Shown here: positions 23,824 to 49,317 of the stretch, piece after piece | Numbering within the stretch: position 1 is the stretch's first letter | Layout: each line of letters begins with the position of its first letter | From: Amoebidium appalachense | Taxonomy: Eukaryota > Protista > Ichthyosporea | Assembly: GCA_963693365.1 (NCBI GenBank) | Contig: CAVNZM010000010.1 | Location: forward strand, 5,457,794 to 5,521,793 | Reading direction: 5' to 3' | Length of the DNA: 64,000 nt | The notes under the pieces: generated by a model | What the model was told of the DNA's origin: nothing | What the model saw: only the letters and a program-made list of their open reading frames with translations | Databases searched by the model: none | Position numbers and translations under genes: made by a program

Positions 23824-24715
23824 GCGTGCGTGTGCGTGTGCGTGTGTGTGTGCGTGTGCACATGCGCGTGTGCGTGCCTGCGTACGTGTATTTGTGTGAA
23901 ATGGTCCACTAAAGGTTTACTATTGGTGCTTCTAGTGCTTGCTTCCAAGGACCTACCATTTTAATTAGATCACGTATTATCGACCATTCCCGTAGCCTCG
24001 TTCTGGGTAAAGTATGTTTGATTATCGAGTGTTTTTCATTAGTGACCTTCATCTCTTCTCCCCCCCCCCCCCCCCCCCCCCCCCCCGCTTTCTCTGCCCC
24101 CAAATCAACATTCTATTCTGTATGTTCCCCTCCTCCCCTTCGGCTCTTGAGCTGAAGTGCTGTGTAAATCCCACAAATAATCCCCCTCCCCTCCCCCCCC
24201 CCCCCCCCCCCCGCGCAAAAAAGACGAGAACAGAAAAGAAAAGAACAAAACCTCATCCCCCCCCCCCCCCCCAAAACTCCCCAAGCCCTCTACCCCCCAA
24301 CCCCCCCTCTCCTCCCCATTTCATTCTTCATTTTCTCACTCTCGTATGTTCAAATGGAGGCCCAATACTGGCCTAATTTTTGACGAACTTTTGAAAATTG
24401 AATTTTGAAGTATTGATTATGTACTGATACTTTACACATCTTTATGCGCAGGACGGTCACTGGGCAGCAATTTATATGCACAGACAATGCACGCAATGTG
24501 ATTCTTGGGGACACGGAAGAGCTGAGGAGAATCACACGGCCGAAACCAGAAAACCCCGAAGGTACAGGGCCCCTTCCCCATTTCTTCCTCTCCCCCCCCC
24601 GAACCTCGATCCCTCACTCTCTCTGTGGAGGTCCCTCCCTTTCTCACTTTCTCCCCGTCCTCTCCCTCCCCGCCTCTCCTTTTTCTCCCACCCTCCCCCT
24701 CTCTTGCTCACTTCC

Positions 24716-24748
<33 letters not shown>

Positions 24749-24862
24749 AAGAAAACCCCATCCCTCACTCTCTGTGGAGGTCCCTCCCCTCCTTGTTTCC
24801 TCCCGGCCCTCGCCATAACTCCCTCTCCTTCCCCTCTCACCGTCCCCTCTCTTGCCCCCCCC

Positions 24863-24893
<31 letters not shown>

Positions 24894-25198
24894 ACACACA
24901 CACACCACCACCACCCTCACCCCCTGCCCGCCTTGCCTACATTCAGCTTTCTTTTTCCCGGCAACTTCTCCGGATGAACTGTATTTTGTTTCTAGTTTGG
25001 ATTCTTGAGCCATGCAACACCTGGAACCCTCCCCCCCCCCCCCCCTCCCCCCCCCCTCCCCGGGTCCCCATTTTTGTACTACTTCGAGCACCAAGACCCT
25101 CCCCATTACCTCCGCCTCCGTTTTCCAGCCTACCTTCAAATCTCTCGTTTTCCATTGTCTTCACCTTAATGACTTTCCTGACTGGCTTCCCCTCACTA

Positions 25199-25250
<52 letters not shown>

Positions 25251-25486
25251 AAAAAAAAAGAGGAAAAAAAGGAAATAAAAGAAAAATAAGGAAGTCCCAC
25301 CATTACTCCATGTGCTCCTTTTCCCGTACATGGGAAGCTATGCGCATAAAATCCCCGGTGCAATCTATCATGCATGGGTTGTGTGTGTGTGTGTGTTTGT
25401 GTGTGTGTGCATGTGTTTGTGTGTGCCTGTGTGTGTGTGTGTGTGTGTGGTGGTGGTGGTGGTGGTGGTGGTGGTGGTGTGTGTGT

Positions 25487-25537
<51 letters not shown>

Positions 25538-25602
25538 TGGCATCATCAGTATGTGCCCGTTGTGCTCCACCGTCAATCCGAGTGTGTATCATTTCTTGTG
25601 TG

Positions 25603-25682
<80 letters not shown>

Positions 25683-25896
25683 CACGCGTGCGTGCGTGCG
25701 TGTGTGTGCTTGTGTGTGTACGCGCGCACATGTGTGTGTGTGTATGTTTACATGTGCAAAATTCTAAATGCCCGTGTGTTGAGCAGAGACGGAAACCATT
25801 GAGGAGACACGACACATCGGCACAGTGATGGTTCCAGGCAACTGCATTGTGAGAATATCGGTCCCAGCCCCCAGCCAACCTACTAGCTTGGTGTAG
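21375..25896 (+). CDS. NAA38: Sm-like protein, NatC auxiliary subunit NAA38/LSMD1/Mak31-like, 4 exons
   Basis: Exons 21375-21389, 23420-23502, 24452-24561, 25787-25896, in phase. Sm1 WLGKPMRIELSDGRTVTGQQFICTDNARNVILGDTEE and Sm2 RHIGTVMVPGNCIVRISV; the FxCTD and MVPG motifs are typical of LSMD1. Confidence 0.85.
21440..23235. repeat. Polypyrimidine (C/CT/CCCT) low-complexity tract, about 1.8 kb, in NAA38 intron 1
   Basis: Near-continuous poly-C, (CT)n and (CCCT)n; source of the spurious 607-aa and 510-aa Pro/Ser/Leu ORFs. Confidence 0.9.
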
Positions 25897-26030
25897 GCAA
25901 TTTTTTTTTGGTTTATCGAATTCGGTTTTTCTCTTCTTTGTATTCTTCGGAAAAAAAGGGCATGTTTTTTTGTATTTGTGTGTGTGCGGTAGTCTGTGTG
26001 TCTGTGCCCGCAGAAGAGGAAGGGTGTGTT

Positions 26031-26083
<53 letters not shown>

Positions 26084-26425
26084 GTTGACAGGGCATCGAA
26101 CAAGAAGGACTTGGTGTGTGTGTGCTTGCGTTCGTGCGTGCTTGCGTGCATACAGAGTAATGAGGGGGAAGGGGTGAGGAGCCGAATGAGGAGGAGGTGG
26201 GTGGGTGGGGACGGGGGGGGGAGGGGGGGGAGGTTGCTGGTGATAACGACCAGAGCTTATAATTATGATCCAAGCTTTCACTTAAGTTCTTCATCTTTTA
26301 ACGATGAAATGTGCCTTCACTATCTATGAAAAGTCCAGAGTGATTGGTTTGTCTGATAGCGTATCCTTGTACATAGAAACTTGATCTTTGCATTCGGAGA
26401 CAGTACGGATCATGATTTTTGCTTA

Positions 26426-27452
26426 GGGCCTGTTTGGTAGCGCGTTAAATACGGTGTTTTATTGTATTCGTATTTAGGGCCTAAATACGTATACGATCCC
26501 ATGGCATGCCAAACACGCCGCGGGCTTTTATTTTTTGTAAATACGATAGGCATCGCTTTTATATCGTATGTACGAAAATCACCTCCGGAGGTGATTTTCG
26601 TAAATACGATATAGGAAATTAGCCAATCAGAGCATTTCGCATCATTTATTGGCTATCAGCTAGCCAATGGTACAGCGTAAGCCGCGGCGGGCACATTTTT
26701 ACTACAGTATGCATGCCGGCGCATACACATGAACGAAGGTCGGTGTCATACACGTCATTTTGTGTACATGCTCAGTTAAAATTGCCACATGAATTCGGGC
26801 TGCACAGGTAAGACAGAGGACGAGGTCGAGGAACCCTACATGGTGCATGATAAGAACCTCAGACTGTATATATATGCCATAATAATCATTGAAACAATAC
26901 TGGACTCCGATATATGCATTAATAAAAACAATTAAATGTACATGTACAAGCTCGGTGACATGCAGGCACGACGAGTGCTGCATAGACAAGGACAAATTTT
27001 AACACTCATTATGTGTTCAGATATGTGGGGAATGCCAGGGACGAACGTTAACGTTGGTGACGTAAAACGAGGTCTCTAGCAAGGCTAGCCACCGCAATAA
27101 CTGGCTGTATCCCTTCAATAACAGACATTCTAACCTATTGTTAAACAGAGCAAGACTCACTGTCGGTGACTCGTTTTTGCCGTTCGCTGTAATACTGACT
27201 ACAGCTGCACCAGTCTATATGCATGGAATACCGAAGGATGATCAATGGGTGCGAATATGTAGGGCCAATCTCTTCTCGTGAACCATGTATCGACATTTTA
27301 TGTGACCAGTCACGCCTGGCAGCGTTTGGAAGCCGGGCACCAACCGTATTTAGGCCCTAAATACGCATACCACGATAAATTTTGTAAATACGGTACATCG
27401 TATTTAGGGCCTAAATACGAATACGATTATTGGGGTGCTGCCAAACAGGCCC
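26426..27452. mobile_element. PIF/Harbinger (Tourist-like) non-autonomous element, 1027 bp
   Basis: TIRs GGGCCTGTTTGGTAGC / GCTGCCAAACAGGCCC; TTA target-site duplication (26423-26425, 27453-27455); subterminal quasi-palindromes CGTATTTAGG(G/C)CCTAAATACG at both ends; no transposase ORF. Confidence 0.92.
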
Positions 27453-27813
27453 TTAGTAAACAACACACCTAGATCTGATGCACTGGTGTAAGAGAACTCT
27501 TGGCTGTTTTTGTAGCGAAGTATTCTTGTCATGCCACCCTGGTGATCACTGGTTTTCACCAGTCTGGAGCGCTAGCGCGATGTCAAAAGATATGAAAACC
27601 CCATTATCACGCAGCATATGCATGTTATTACATGTGCATGCACAGCAGTGGTGGCCATACATTATGTATAATTGTAGTTTCATTGTGCAGTTGTGCATAC
27701 GTGTGACATGGCGATGGCGGCGCCGTTACGGTACTGGAGATAACTAGTCGTAAACCTGCATGTGGGGATGAACGGCAGAGCTCGAGCTCGAGCTCCCGCG
27801 CGCGCGCATGCGT

Positions 27814-27849
<36 letters not shown>

Positions 27850-27969
27850 ACGTCTGGTGGTGGTGGTGGTGAAGGGGGGGGGGGGGGGGGGGGAGGGAGG
27901 GGACGGCCCCACGGTGATCATGCGCATGCGTACGTGTACATGTGTGCGTGTACATGTGTGTGTGAGTGT

Positions 27970-28000
<31 letters not shown>

Positions 28001-28111
28001 CACGTCTGGTGGTGGTGGTGATGAAGGGGGGGGGAGAGGGAGGGGACCGATGATCACTTATGGGAAAGAGTATCAAGCAAAAGGGGGAAGGAGAAAAAAA
28101 GGCCCCGGGGG

Positions 28112-28142
<31 letters not shown>

Positions 28143-28658
28143 AGGGCGCCGGCGGTTTCGAACCGTCCTGACCAGGCGCATTCCAGAGACGTGAATCGTC
28201 ATCTGGCACCGGGATGGTATGCGCTTAATATGGATAAACAACAAAGCATTTGATTGGTAGTTGGATATAGGTATGTAGCCGCTCAGATCACCGTCACAGC
28301 CTCACAGCTGCGTACAAAACTGTGCACTGTCTGACTGTGCAGTCGTCGTTTCGTCCGCTTTTTTTTTAGCTTAGCGAGTTTTGAGAGAAACTTGCCAGTT
28401 CATTTCCATGTTGTTGTATCCAGCTCAGTATGCATATAGGCACTGTGTATTGTAACTGTGTTCGGCTATAGTAAGCGTACTGCCCCCGTGCTTCTTTTCC
28501 TGGGGACGGGCTGGTAGGGCACGCGTGGGTCGGTAGGAATACACAAACATTTCTCAGAGTCTTTGCCCATACACACCCATTAAACCAGCAGTGTATTCAC
28601 CCATATACTATTACTTCCTCTTTCAAACTGTATTCCGGTTAATCCGATAGACAGCATC

Positions 28659-41067
<12,409 letters not shown>

Positions 41068-41676
41068 TTGGCTGCAGGTCACGTGATATTTCTGCTATGA
41101 ACATGTGTTGTATGAAGATTGCGTATGTTTGATCCGCCTTTGTGTCGATTCCTGAGTGAGTGTGTAATGTGTATGGCGAGTGTGCTTGCCCCTTTCTCTT
41201 CCTGCTGTTCAGTTGGCCATCAACCGGTTTCGAGGGTGGGCAAATTAGGCTCTAAGGATAATTTTTATTGACAAGGCACGCGTGGTTGTGCTAGTTAGTT
41301 GTAACGACCTGCCTCTTAAGGGTATTGTAGTGGACGTGTATGTAGGGAACCTTGCTAATATAGCTCTGTTGTAGCTATTTTGGAAGTGATGTCGTTCATT
41401 CATTCACCATTCGTGCACTTTGATGCATTTTTGTACATATTGTCAAAACACCTGGTGGATGTTCGTAGGCGGTCTGTGACTGTCACAGTGGGTAGCCTTG
41501 TGTATGTGATGTGTAACATGGTTGAAAACGTAACCACAAGGGTGATCGATTCCGCATGAATCCGAACCTTTCTCCAATCCCTGTGTGTATACATGTAGCC
41601 TATCGCTTGAGTAGCAAAAGAAAATTACCGGTGAGTCCATGTTGCATAAAGGTGTGTATGTGAGTGGTGGTGTGGC

Positions 41677-41743
<67 letters not shown>

Positions 41744-42105
41744 CGTGTGTGTGTTTTGGGGGGGGGGGAAGGGGGCTCCAGTGGGCCGTGGCTGGGCCCC
41801 GGGGGCCGGGCGGCGCCGGAGACTCGCCGGGGAGTCCCCGAGGGAACGAAAATACGGAATGTCGAATAGATCCTGGTCTCCACGGCTTTGTACCCGCTGG
41901 CTTACGTAAGTGGCCGGGCACTACTACGCCTGCGGCAAAAAAAAAAAGAAAGAATGAAAGCCTAGGCCGCAGCCGCGCCCCAGGAGACATGCACATAGCA
42001 GTCACAGCACTCAAATAAATAGATCCAATTATTCTGTAGTATTCGCGCGAACGATTGGTTTCGGGTCACGCGCGCGGCTCCCGATTGGATCCTGTCCGTG
42101 GTGAC

Positions 42106-42408
42106 GGATCCCCCAACACTCATATGTGGGGGGCGAGTGGTATGTGTGTAACAGCGGATTTACGATTTTCCAGTTTCAACATTTAGGCCACGTAAAATTC
42201 CGTTACAGACATAGGACTGCATGTGGTCCTACATATAGTAAAAATCAATAAACTCACAGTAAATATGGGTATTTTGGTATAGCGAGGCTCCTTTTCCGTA
42301 CTTACTAGCTACATACTGTTACACACATATGGAAACGGGGTCTAAAATTCCCGGGAGCGCAGGTACGGACATACGATCGCCCCCCCACATAGAAGTTTTG
42401 GGGGATCC
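42106..42408. mobile_element. MITE, 303 bp, with TIRs of about 31 bp and a 7-bp TSD
   Basis: GGATCCCCCAACACTCATATGTGGGGGGCGA versus TCGCCCCCCCACATAGAAGTTTTGGGGGATCC; direct repeat TGGTGAC at 42099-42105 and 42409-42415; inner inverted pair ATGTGTGTAACAG / CTGTTACACACAT. Confidence 0.9.
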
Positions 42409-43881
42409 TGGTGACACAAACGAAACATCTGGAAACAAACATTTTCATGTAAGCTTACGTAGGGGGCCCCCCGGCAGATTCGGCCTTCTTCCACAACCGG
42501 GCCGTTTGGTTGGCTGGCGCGGGGCCGGGGTTACGTAAGGCGGTGGGGTCGGGGGAGGCCAGACCACGATATGGAGGTTTGGGGGGAGGCCTGCGCAGGG
42601 CCTTACGTAAGCCTTACGTAAGGCGGTCAGGCGGGGGCGGGCGCTAGGTAGAGCACGATACGGAAGGCGTGGGTCTGGGGAGGTTTATGTGGCGAATCGG
42701 GCTGCGCGGTTGTGAAACTTGCGCTAATGACGTCGTCAGTAGGGAACCAGTCAGATTCTTCGGTCGTGGAAGTTGCAGAAGTGGCCTCGTGAGCCGTGAT
42801 AGTGAACCAGTCGGAGGGCCCGGTTGTGAAAGTTAGCTAATGAGCGTTAATTACACCTGTAGCTTGCACAACCGGGCGATACCATTGGGTAGTGGTTTGA
42901 AGTTTTATGATTGGATAAAAACCATTCAATCCTTTTGGCGGGTATATATAAACGTAGATCTGGGGGTAGTATATAATGCAGCAACACGATATTTGACGCT
43001 CAGTTTTTATAATGCCGCCGAAGCGAAGCAGAGCAAAGCAGAAGAAAGTTGTACAGCCTCCTTGTGGTACTAGTGAATATGCAGTTGCGAGCATAAGCCT
43101 GAACATAACCAATGCGGGTGGGAATGTGCGATACCATTTGGTAGGCCTTTTGAATGAAATGGTTGGGTAGGAATCACGGTATTTGTCTTAGCGGCTAGTG
43201 GAGAGGTATAAAAAGGGTGAACACGATATCGTCGATCACTTTGTGACGCAGCGCGGTGTGGAGCAGGGTACTCAGAAGAAAGCTGTCTGGAGCGAGCCTT
43301 TTTCTTGTTAGTACTGCATAACAGTCAAACTCGAGTGTGGATATCTTTGAACACGAGTAGGAGGTTTCCTCTTTGTCGAAGTACTGTTTGTTGTTTTTTT
43401 GACAAATAGTATGTTAAGATAGTCGCAGAAGTTCTTTCTTTTTAGAATTTTTTTATTGCGGACTGCGGCTCAGAGGAGCTGTCAATGTTAGGCACCTCAT
43501 AGAATTATGGTCGGATCATTTTTCGAAGCTTGGTGAACATGAATTATTGGCGGCAACTGATCTGAGTGCGAGGTGATGGCGCTTCAAGCTGAGATTGGTC
43601 AGGGCCGGAATCGGATCCCTGACAGGTGCATTGTGGGTCGAAAGACCGTAGGGCTACCTTTCGTAAAAACGGTTTTTTGCAGTTTCCTTATATGGCTAAT
43701 CGGATCGAACCGGATTCGATCTGGACCAATCATAAATACCCCTTGGCAGAGTTTCTCGTTACGACACCGTAGGGCTACCTTTCCGTAAACCCAGTGCAAG
43801 CTTGTGCCACTTGTGTTTTCAAGGTTTTGTAAAATTTCTGTTTCTAGGCAAGCGCTTGTTTGAAAAAGCGTAGCAGGCAAC

Positions 43882-44142
43882 ATGGACAAGTATACACCTC
43901 GTTTTCTGCTTTATTTTCTCCTAGCTTGTGCTGTTCATGCGCATGCAGAGGTAGATAATTCGGATTCCGCTGGCACATGTGCCAGTGGGGTTGGGGAGGA
44001 GGGAGGATTGTGCGCAAGCCCAACGTCTGAGGGATCGGTGGTGGGTGATCTGACGAGAGAGTGGCGGACTGATGAATATGAACCGGCATTGTGGAGCGAC
44101 AAATGCAACGTGAGTGTTGGATTTTGTGCGTGTGTGCACGCA

Positions 44143-44196
<54 letters not shown>

Positions 44197-45112
44197 TGTG
44201 TGTGTGCGTGTGCGTGTGCGTGCGTGTGCGTGCGCGTGTGTGTGTGTTCGTGTGCGCGCGCGTGTGTGTGGTGTGTGTTCATGTATGCATCAGTGCGTGC
44301 GTGCGTGCGTGTGCATGTGTGTGTGTGTGTGTCTGTGTGCGTGCGTGTGCGTGTGCGTGTGACTGTGTTCTGTGCGCAGTCCCCTGTTGGCTGTTGCCAG
44401 CCCCTCTCCTTCCAACTCCCCATATGTTTCTCCTTCACGCACCCAAGCACACCCATGCACCTGTTCTGTCCGCTTCCCCTGTTATACTCCATCCTCCAAA
44501 CCCAATCCCTTCTGCCCCTCCCTTCTATACTGGCAAAGCCCCCCCTCTTTTTCGTCTCTTCGCCAACCTTCTTGCCATTAATCCCCCCCCTCCCCCCAGC
44601 CCTCCTGACGTAACGCACTTCCCTCGCATTCTAAGCCTTCTCTGGATCTAACTGTCTCTTTAAATTCCTTCACCGACGTGTTCCCCCGTTTCCTCTGTGT
44701 TTGGTGTATTTGCGGGTGTGCATGCGTTTTTTCTGTTGGACAATGGAACTGAGGTCCAGTAAAACCATGCATGTGCAATCCCACGTGGCTTTGCCTGGTC
44801 GATGGGTATGCCTTGTGTTGGATTTAGAGAACACGCAGTCTGAGCCTGTTTCAATTCTAATTTTGTGACCATCAACTTCTCGGATCTAGCTTACTGGATA
44901 AATAGCTTGGGATCTTGGTGGGAGGCAGTGCACGCAGGAAGCCTGAGGAAACTAGGTGGGCGGGGATATAGAGGAAGCTAAGTGGGGAAGGCACGTGTGG
45001 GGGCAGTGTGTGTTTGTTAATTTCTTTCTTTCTTTCTTTCTTTTTTTTTGGGGGGTGGGGTATGTGTGTGTGTGGGGGGGGGGGGGGGGGGGAAGGATAT
45101 TTTGGGATAGAA

Positions 45113-45178
<66 letters not shown>

Positions 45179-46647
45179 GTGCGCCTGTGTGCGTGTGTTT
45201 GTGTGTGTGTGTGTGTTTGTGTGTGTGTTTGTGTGTGTGTTTGTGGGTTGGTGTATCTGACGGGGGAGGAGGAAGAGGGGGGGGGGGATTCTATGGCGAT
45301 GAAAGAGCTTTAGGTGGTTGAGCACGTGACGGGGAGGGTTGGGAGGGTAACGAGAGGGGGGGAGAAAGGGGATCTGTTGATATCGTGGCTGTCTTGTTTG
45401 CTGCTGCTCTTTTTTTCCTTGTTTGTTTTTCTGTGCTTTTTATTTTCAGTGCCTCTACCTAATGGATTTCCCTTTTCTTGCCCAACCAGATCCCTAAGGA
45501 AGGACCCATTTCACCCGAAGAATTTGAAGGGAAATATGTCCGTCCAGAAAAGGCAGTCATTCTCACGGGAATAACCGACAACAGTCGCTTCATTGATATG
45601 ACCCGCAGGCCAAAACTGCTCGAATCTTATGGGGGGCATGAGGTTATCTTGAGCTCGGCAAATGCTTTTTCGTATGTCACCCTATACACTCCGCTTTGGC
45701 TTGTTGGTGTGTCTGATGTGTCCATAGGAGGCTTACCAGGGGCGCCTTGAGGATTAAGGGAGACAGATGTACTGGGGGGGAGGGGGGGGGGGAGGGGGAG
45801 AGAGAGAGAGAGAGGAGGAGGAGGGGAGGGGGGAGGGGGGGGGAAGAGAGAGAGAGAGAGAGGAGGAGGAGGGGGAGGGGAGAGGGGGGAAGAAGGGGGG
45901 AGGGGGGGGGGGGGGGTGGGGGGAGGGGGGGGGGGGGGGGGGAGACGGGTAGATAGGTACGGTGTGTTTGAGGTAAGTGGATGGTAAAAAGATTTTTTTT
46001 TTCTTTTTTCTTTTTGTGTGTGCGCGTGTGTGCGTTGGGGGGGAGGGGGAGGGGGGGGGGGGGGGGGGGGGAGCGAGAAGAGGACATTCAAGCATGTCAC
46101 GCAATGACTGTACGTGTATGTTCCCACTCTTCCTCTGTCCTTTTCATTTTCTTTTTCTTTCTTCCTTTCCTTTTTTTTTTGGGGGGGGGGGGGGGGATTA
46201 GCTTTCTTTGTGTGTGTGTGTGTGTACGGGCTGTTGAGTGTTTGAGGGGGAAGAGGGGGGGGGGGGGCAAGTGATGGACATGCTACATCCAGCAGATATG
46301 CTCTTCTGCAGGTCGTTGTAGTTGACGAAACTTGCGGTTTGAAGTAGTGGTATGATCTTGAAAGTTCGTAAATCCAATTATAAATTTCCTATATATCGTC
46401 TCTCTTGGCTCAATCACTATCGAATTTTTGGCCTCTGTTCCTTAGCACATGATTGCTTCCGTAACTCACTGCACGCACATCTATTTATAGCTGACCAGTA
46501 CTGTGTGCAGGTACACAAAGGCACGGTCGACGCTGCAAGAGTATATCCTGCACATGATGGCCCCACAGACACTCGACACATCTGCTGACAAAACGTTCTA
46601 CCAGGTACTATCTATCAATCCTCCCCACCCCCTCTCCCTCCCAACAC

Positions 46648-46733
<86 letters not shown>

Positions 46734-46828
46734 TGCAGAACCCCCCTGAAGGTGGGATCTATTTAAGTGTAACCTGACTGCCAGTTATTTTGGTTTCTGT
46801 ATCGTGTTTTTGTGTTGTCTCTGGACAT

Positions 46829-46886
<58 letters not shown>

Positions 46887-46984
46887 ACACGCACACGCAC
46901 ACGCACACGCACACGCACACGCACACGCACACACGCACACACACACACACACGCACACACACACACACAACATACATACACACA

Positions 46985-47024
<40 letters not shown>

Positions 47025-47037
47025 TACACACAACACA

Positions 47038-47082
<45 letters not shown>

Positions 47083-47728
47083 CACACACACACACGCGCG
47101 CGCGCGTTATATGCACAGCTGTCACTCAGTCGCTGATACAGATCAGTTCATGCAAAAACAACAGATATTAGTGTGATAATTTGTGACAAGGGAAATGAGG
47201 GGAGGAAGCCTTATCCCGCTTGCTGCTACCAATAGAAACGTACGCTTGCCTTGGAAGATTTTTTTTCGTGTGTGCTTATGGGAATGTGAGTACTTTCGGG
47301 GGTGTTTTTTCCTTCATTTCTCTTATACCCTTGCGTGCATGTGTAATCATGCTTGCTTTGGCCGATGTACAATAAACACCAGCCACGAACACATAGCTAT
47401 TATTCATATTACCATCGAACGCCCGTTTGTGATTGGCTCATGGTGACCCTTGCTCAGTTTGGCGACAACTATCTACCCGGCTGGCCCGAGTTTCTCAAGA
47501 ACTACGTACGACCTCCTTACCTGGACTCGGAAAGTAGGTGTCAACTAGTGAATGTGTGTGTTGGCTGGTGTGTGTTTGTGTAATGTGGTGGTTGGGGCGG
47601 AAGGAGGGGAGGGGAGGGGGAGAGGGTGGAGGGGGGGGGGGGGGGGGGGGCAAAGGTTATGTCTTTGCCAAAGAGAGATCGATTGGGCTCACATCTTCGC
47701 CTCCTCTCCACATACACACACGCGCGCG

Positions 47729-47774
<46 letters not shown>

Positions 47775-47905
47775 TGTACACATACATGTACATGATATCT
47801 TGCATACACAAGTCGTCACATCGGTGCATCCACAATCCTACAGACAGACACACTTGCACTCTGCTGCACAACACGCACACAAACACACACGCACACACGC
47901 GCGCG

Positions 47906-47994
<89 letters not shown>

Positions 47995-48125
47995 CCAAGG
48001 GTAGTCTGAGCTTTGGCATGGGTGGCTCAGGCAGTGGGGTGCCATACCACCGCCACGGGCCGGTCTTTGCTGAAGTACTACACGGTCACAAGGTTATTCA
48101 TACTCCCCCCCCCTCCCCCCCCCCC

Positions 48126-48156
<31 letters not shown>

Positions 48157-49124
48157 ACACACACACCCTTCTCCCCCCACCTTCCCCCTCATCCCCCCAC
48201 TCTACCTTTTGAGGATGGGTTCCACTTATGGTGTGTACCACGTGTAGCTGATGCCTCTTTTTGTGTGTGGTTATTGTTTTTATTTTGGTTTTAGGGCGTC
48301 TTTTCTTCAATGGTTACCAGACTCCAATGCATACAGCCATGCACTCCTTCTTCCGTTCCCCCTCCACACGTCCCTTTCCCCCTCTTCCCCCCCCCTTCCC
48401 CGCACACACACACACACGCGCGCGCGCGTGAAAGTATTAATATGGCTGTACCCATCGTTATCTCCACTTTTCGTTAGCCATATTCGGCTATACGTCACAC
48501 CATTAGCCACATATCATGCATCGCTAATACCGCCCACATGCCACAGCGTTGGTACCTTCTACCAGCCAGCCATCCCCGGCCACACTACCACCCCAACGAG
48601 ACCTCTCTCAAGTGGACGCTAGAGATCTACCCAACACTTCCCGTGTCAGAGCTCCCCCAGGAGTGTGGTATGTTTGCACTCATTGCACACACACACACAC
48701 CCTCCCCCCTCCTCTCTCCCCCCCCTCCCCACACACACATCTCTCTCTTTTTCCCCTCCTCCCCCCCCTCCCCCCTCCCCTCCTCCCCTCCCTCCCCCGC
48801 CTCCCTCCCCCTGCAGTCCCTTTGTTCAGTGCACCTGCATGCACACACGCCACGTGCATGTGCAGGCATACATATGCATGATTGAGCACCCATGCTCACA
48901 TACCCATCTTACCGCATGTGTGTGTGTTGGTGTGTGTGGGGGGGAAAGGAGGGAGGGGGGAGGGGGGGGGGGGGGGAGAGAAGAGGCACTGGTGGGAGAG
49001 GGCGGGAGGGGAGGGGGGGGGGGGGGACTGGGCAGGAAGGGGAGGAGAGGTTGCGGGGACTGAGGTAATTACTCCAACTTCCCCCCTTCCCCTCTCTCCC
49101 CTCCCCCCAACCACACACACACAA

Positions 49125-49218
<94 letters not shown>

Positions 49219-49317
49219 GCAGTGTGTGGGCCCGGGGAGGTGATCTACATACCTGACCAGTGGTGGCATGGGACCCTCAATATTGGCGAGAGTGTTTTCA
49301 TTTCTACCTTCGTTTAA
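43882..49317 (+). CDS. JMJD8: JmjC domain-containing protein 8-like with signal peptide, 7 exons
   Basis: Exons 43882-44109, 45490-45671, 46511-46604, 47458-47533, 47995-48092, 48547-48667, 49223-49317. Motifs [73 protein letters not shown]. Confidence 0.95.

Noticed and set aside
27840-28060. Duplicated GTGCACGTCTGGTGGTGG block as a regulatory element
   Set aside because: Simple local duplication embedded in microsatellites, with no further support.
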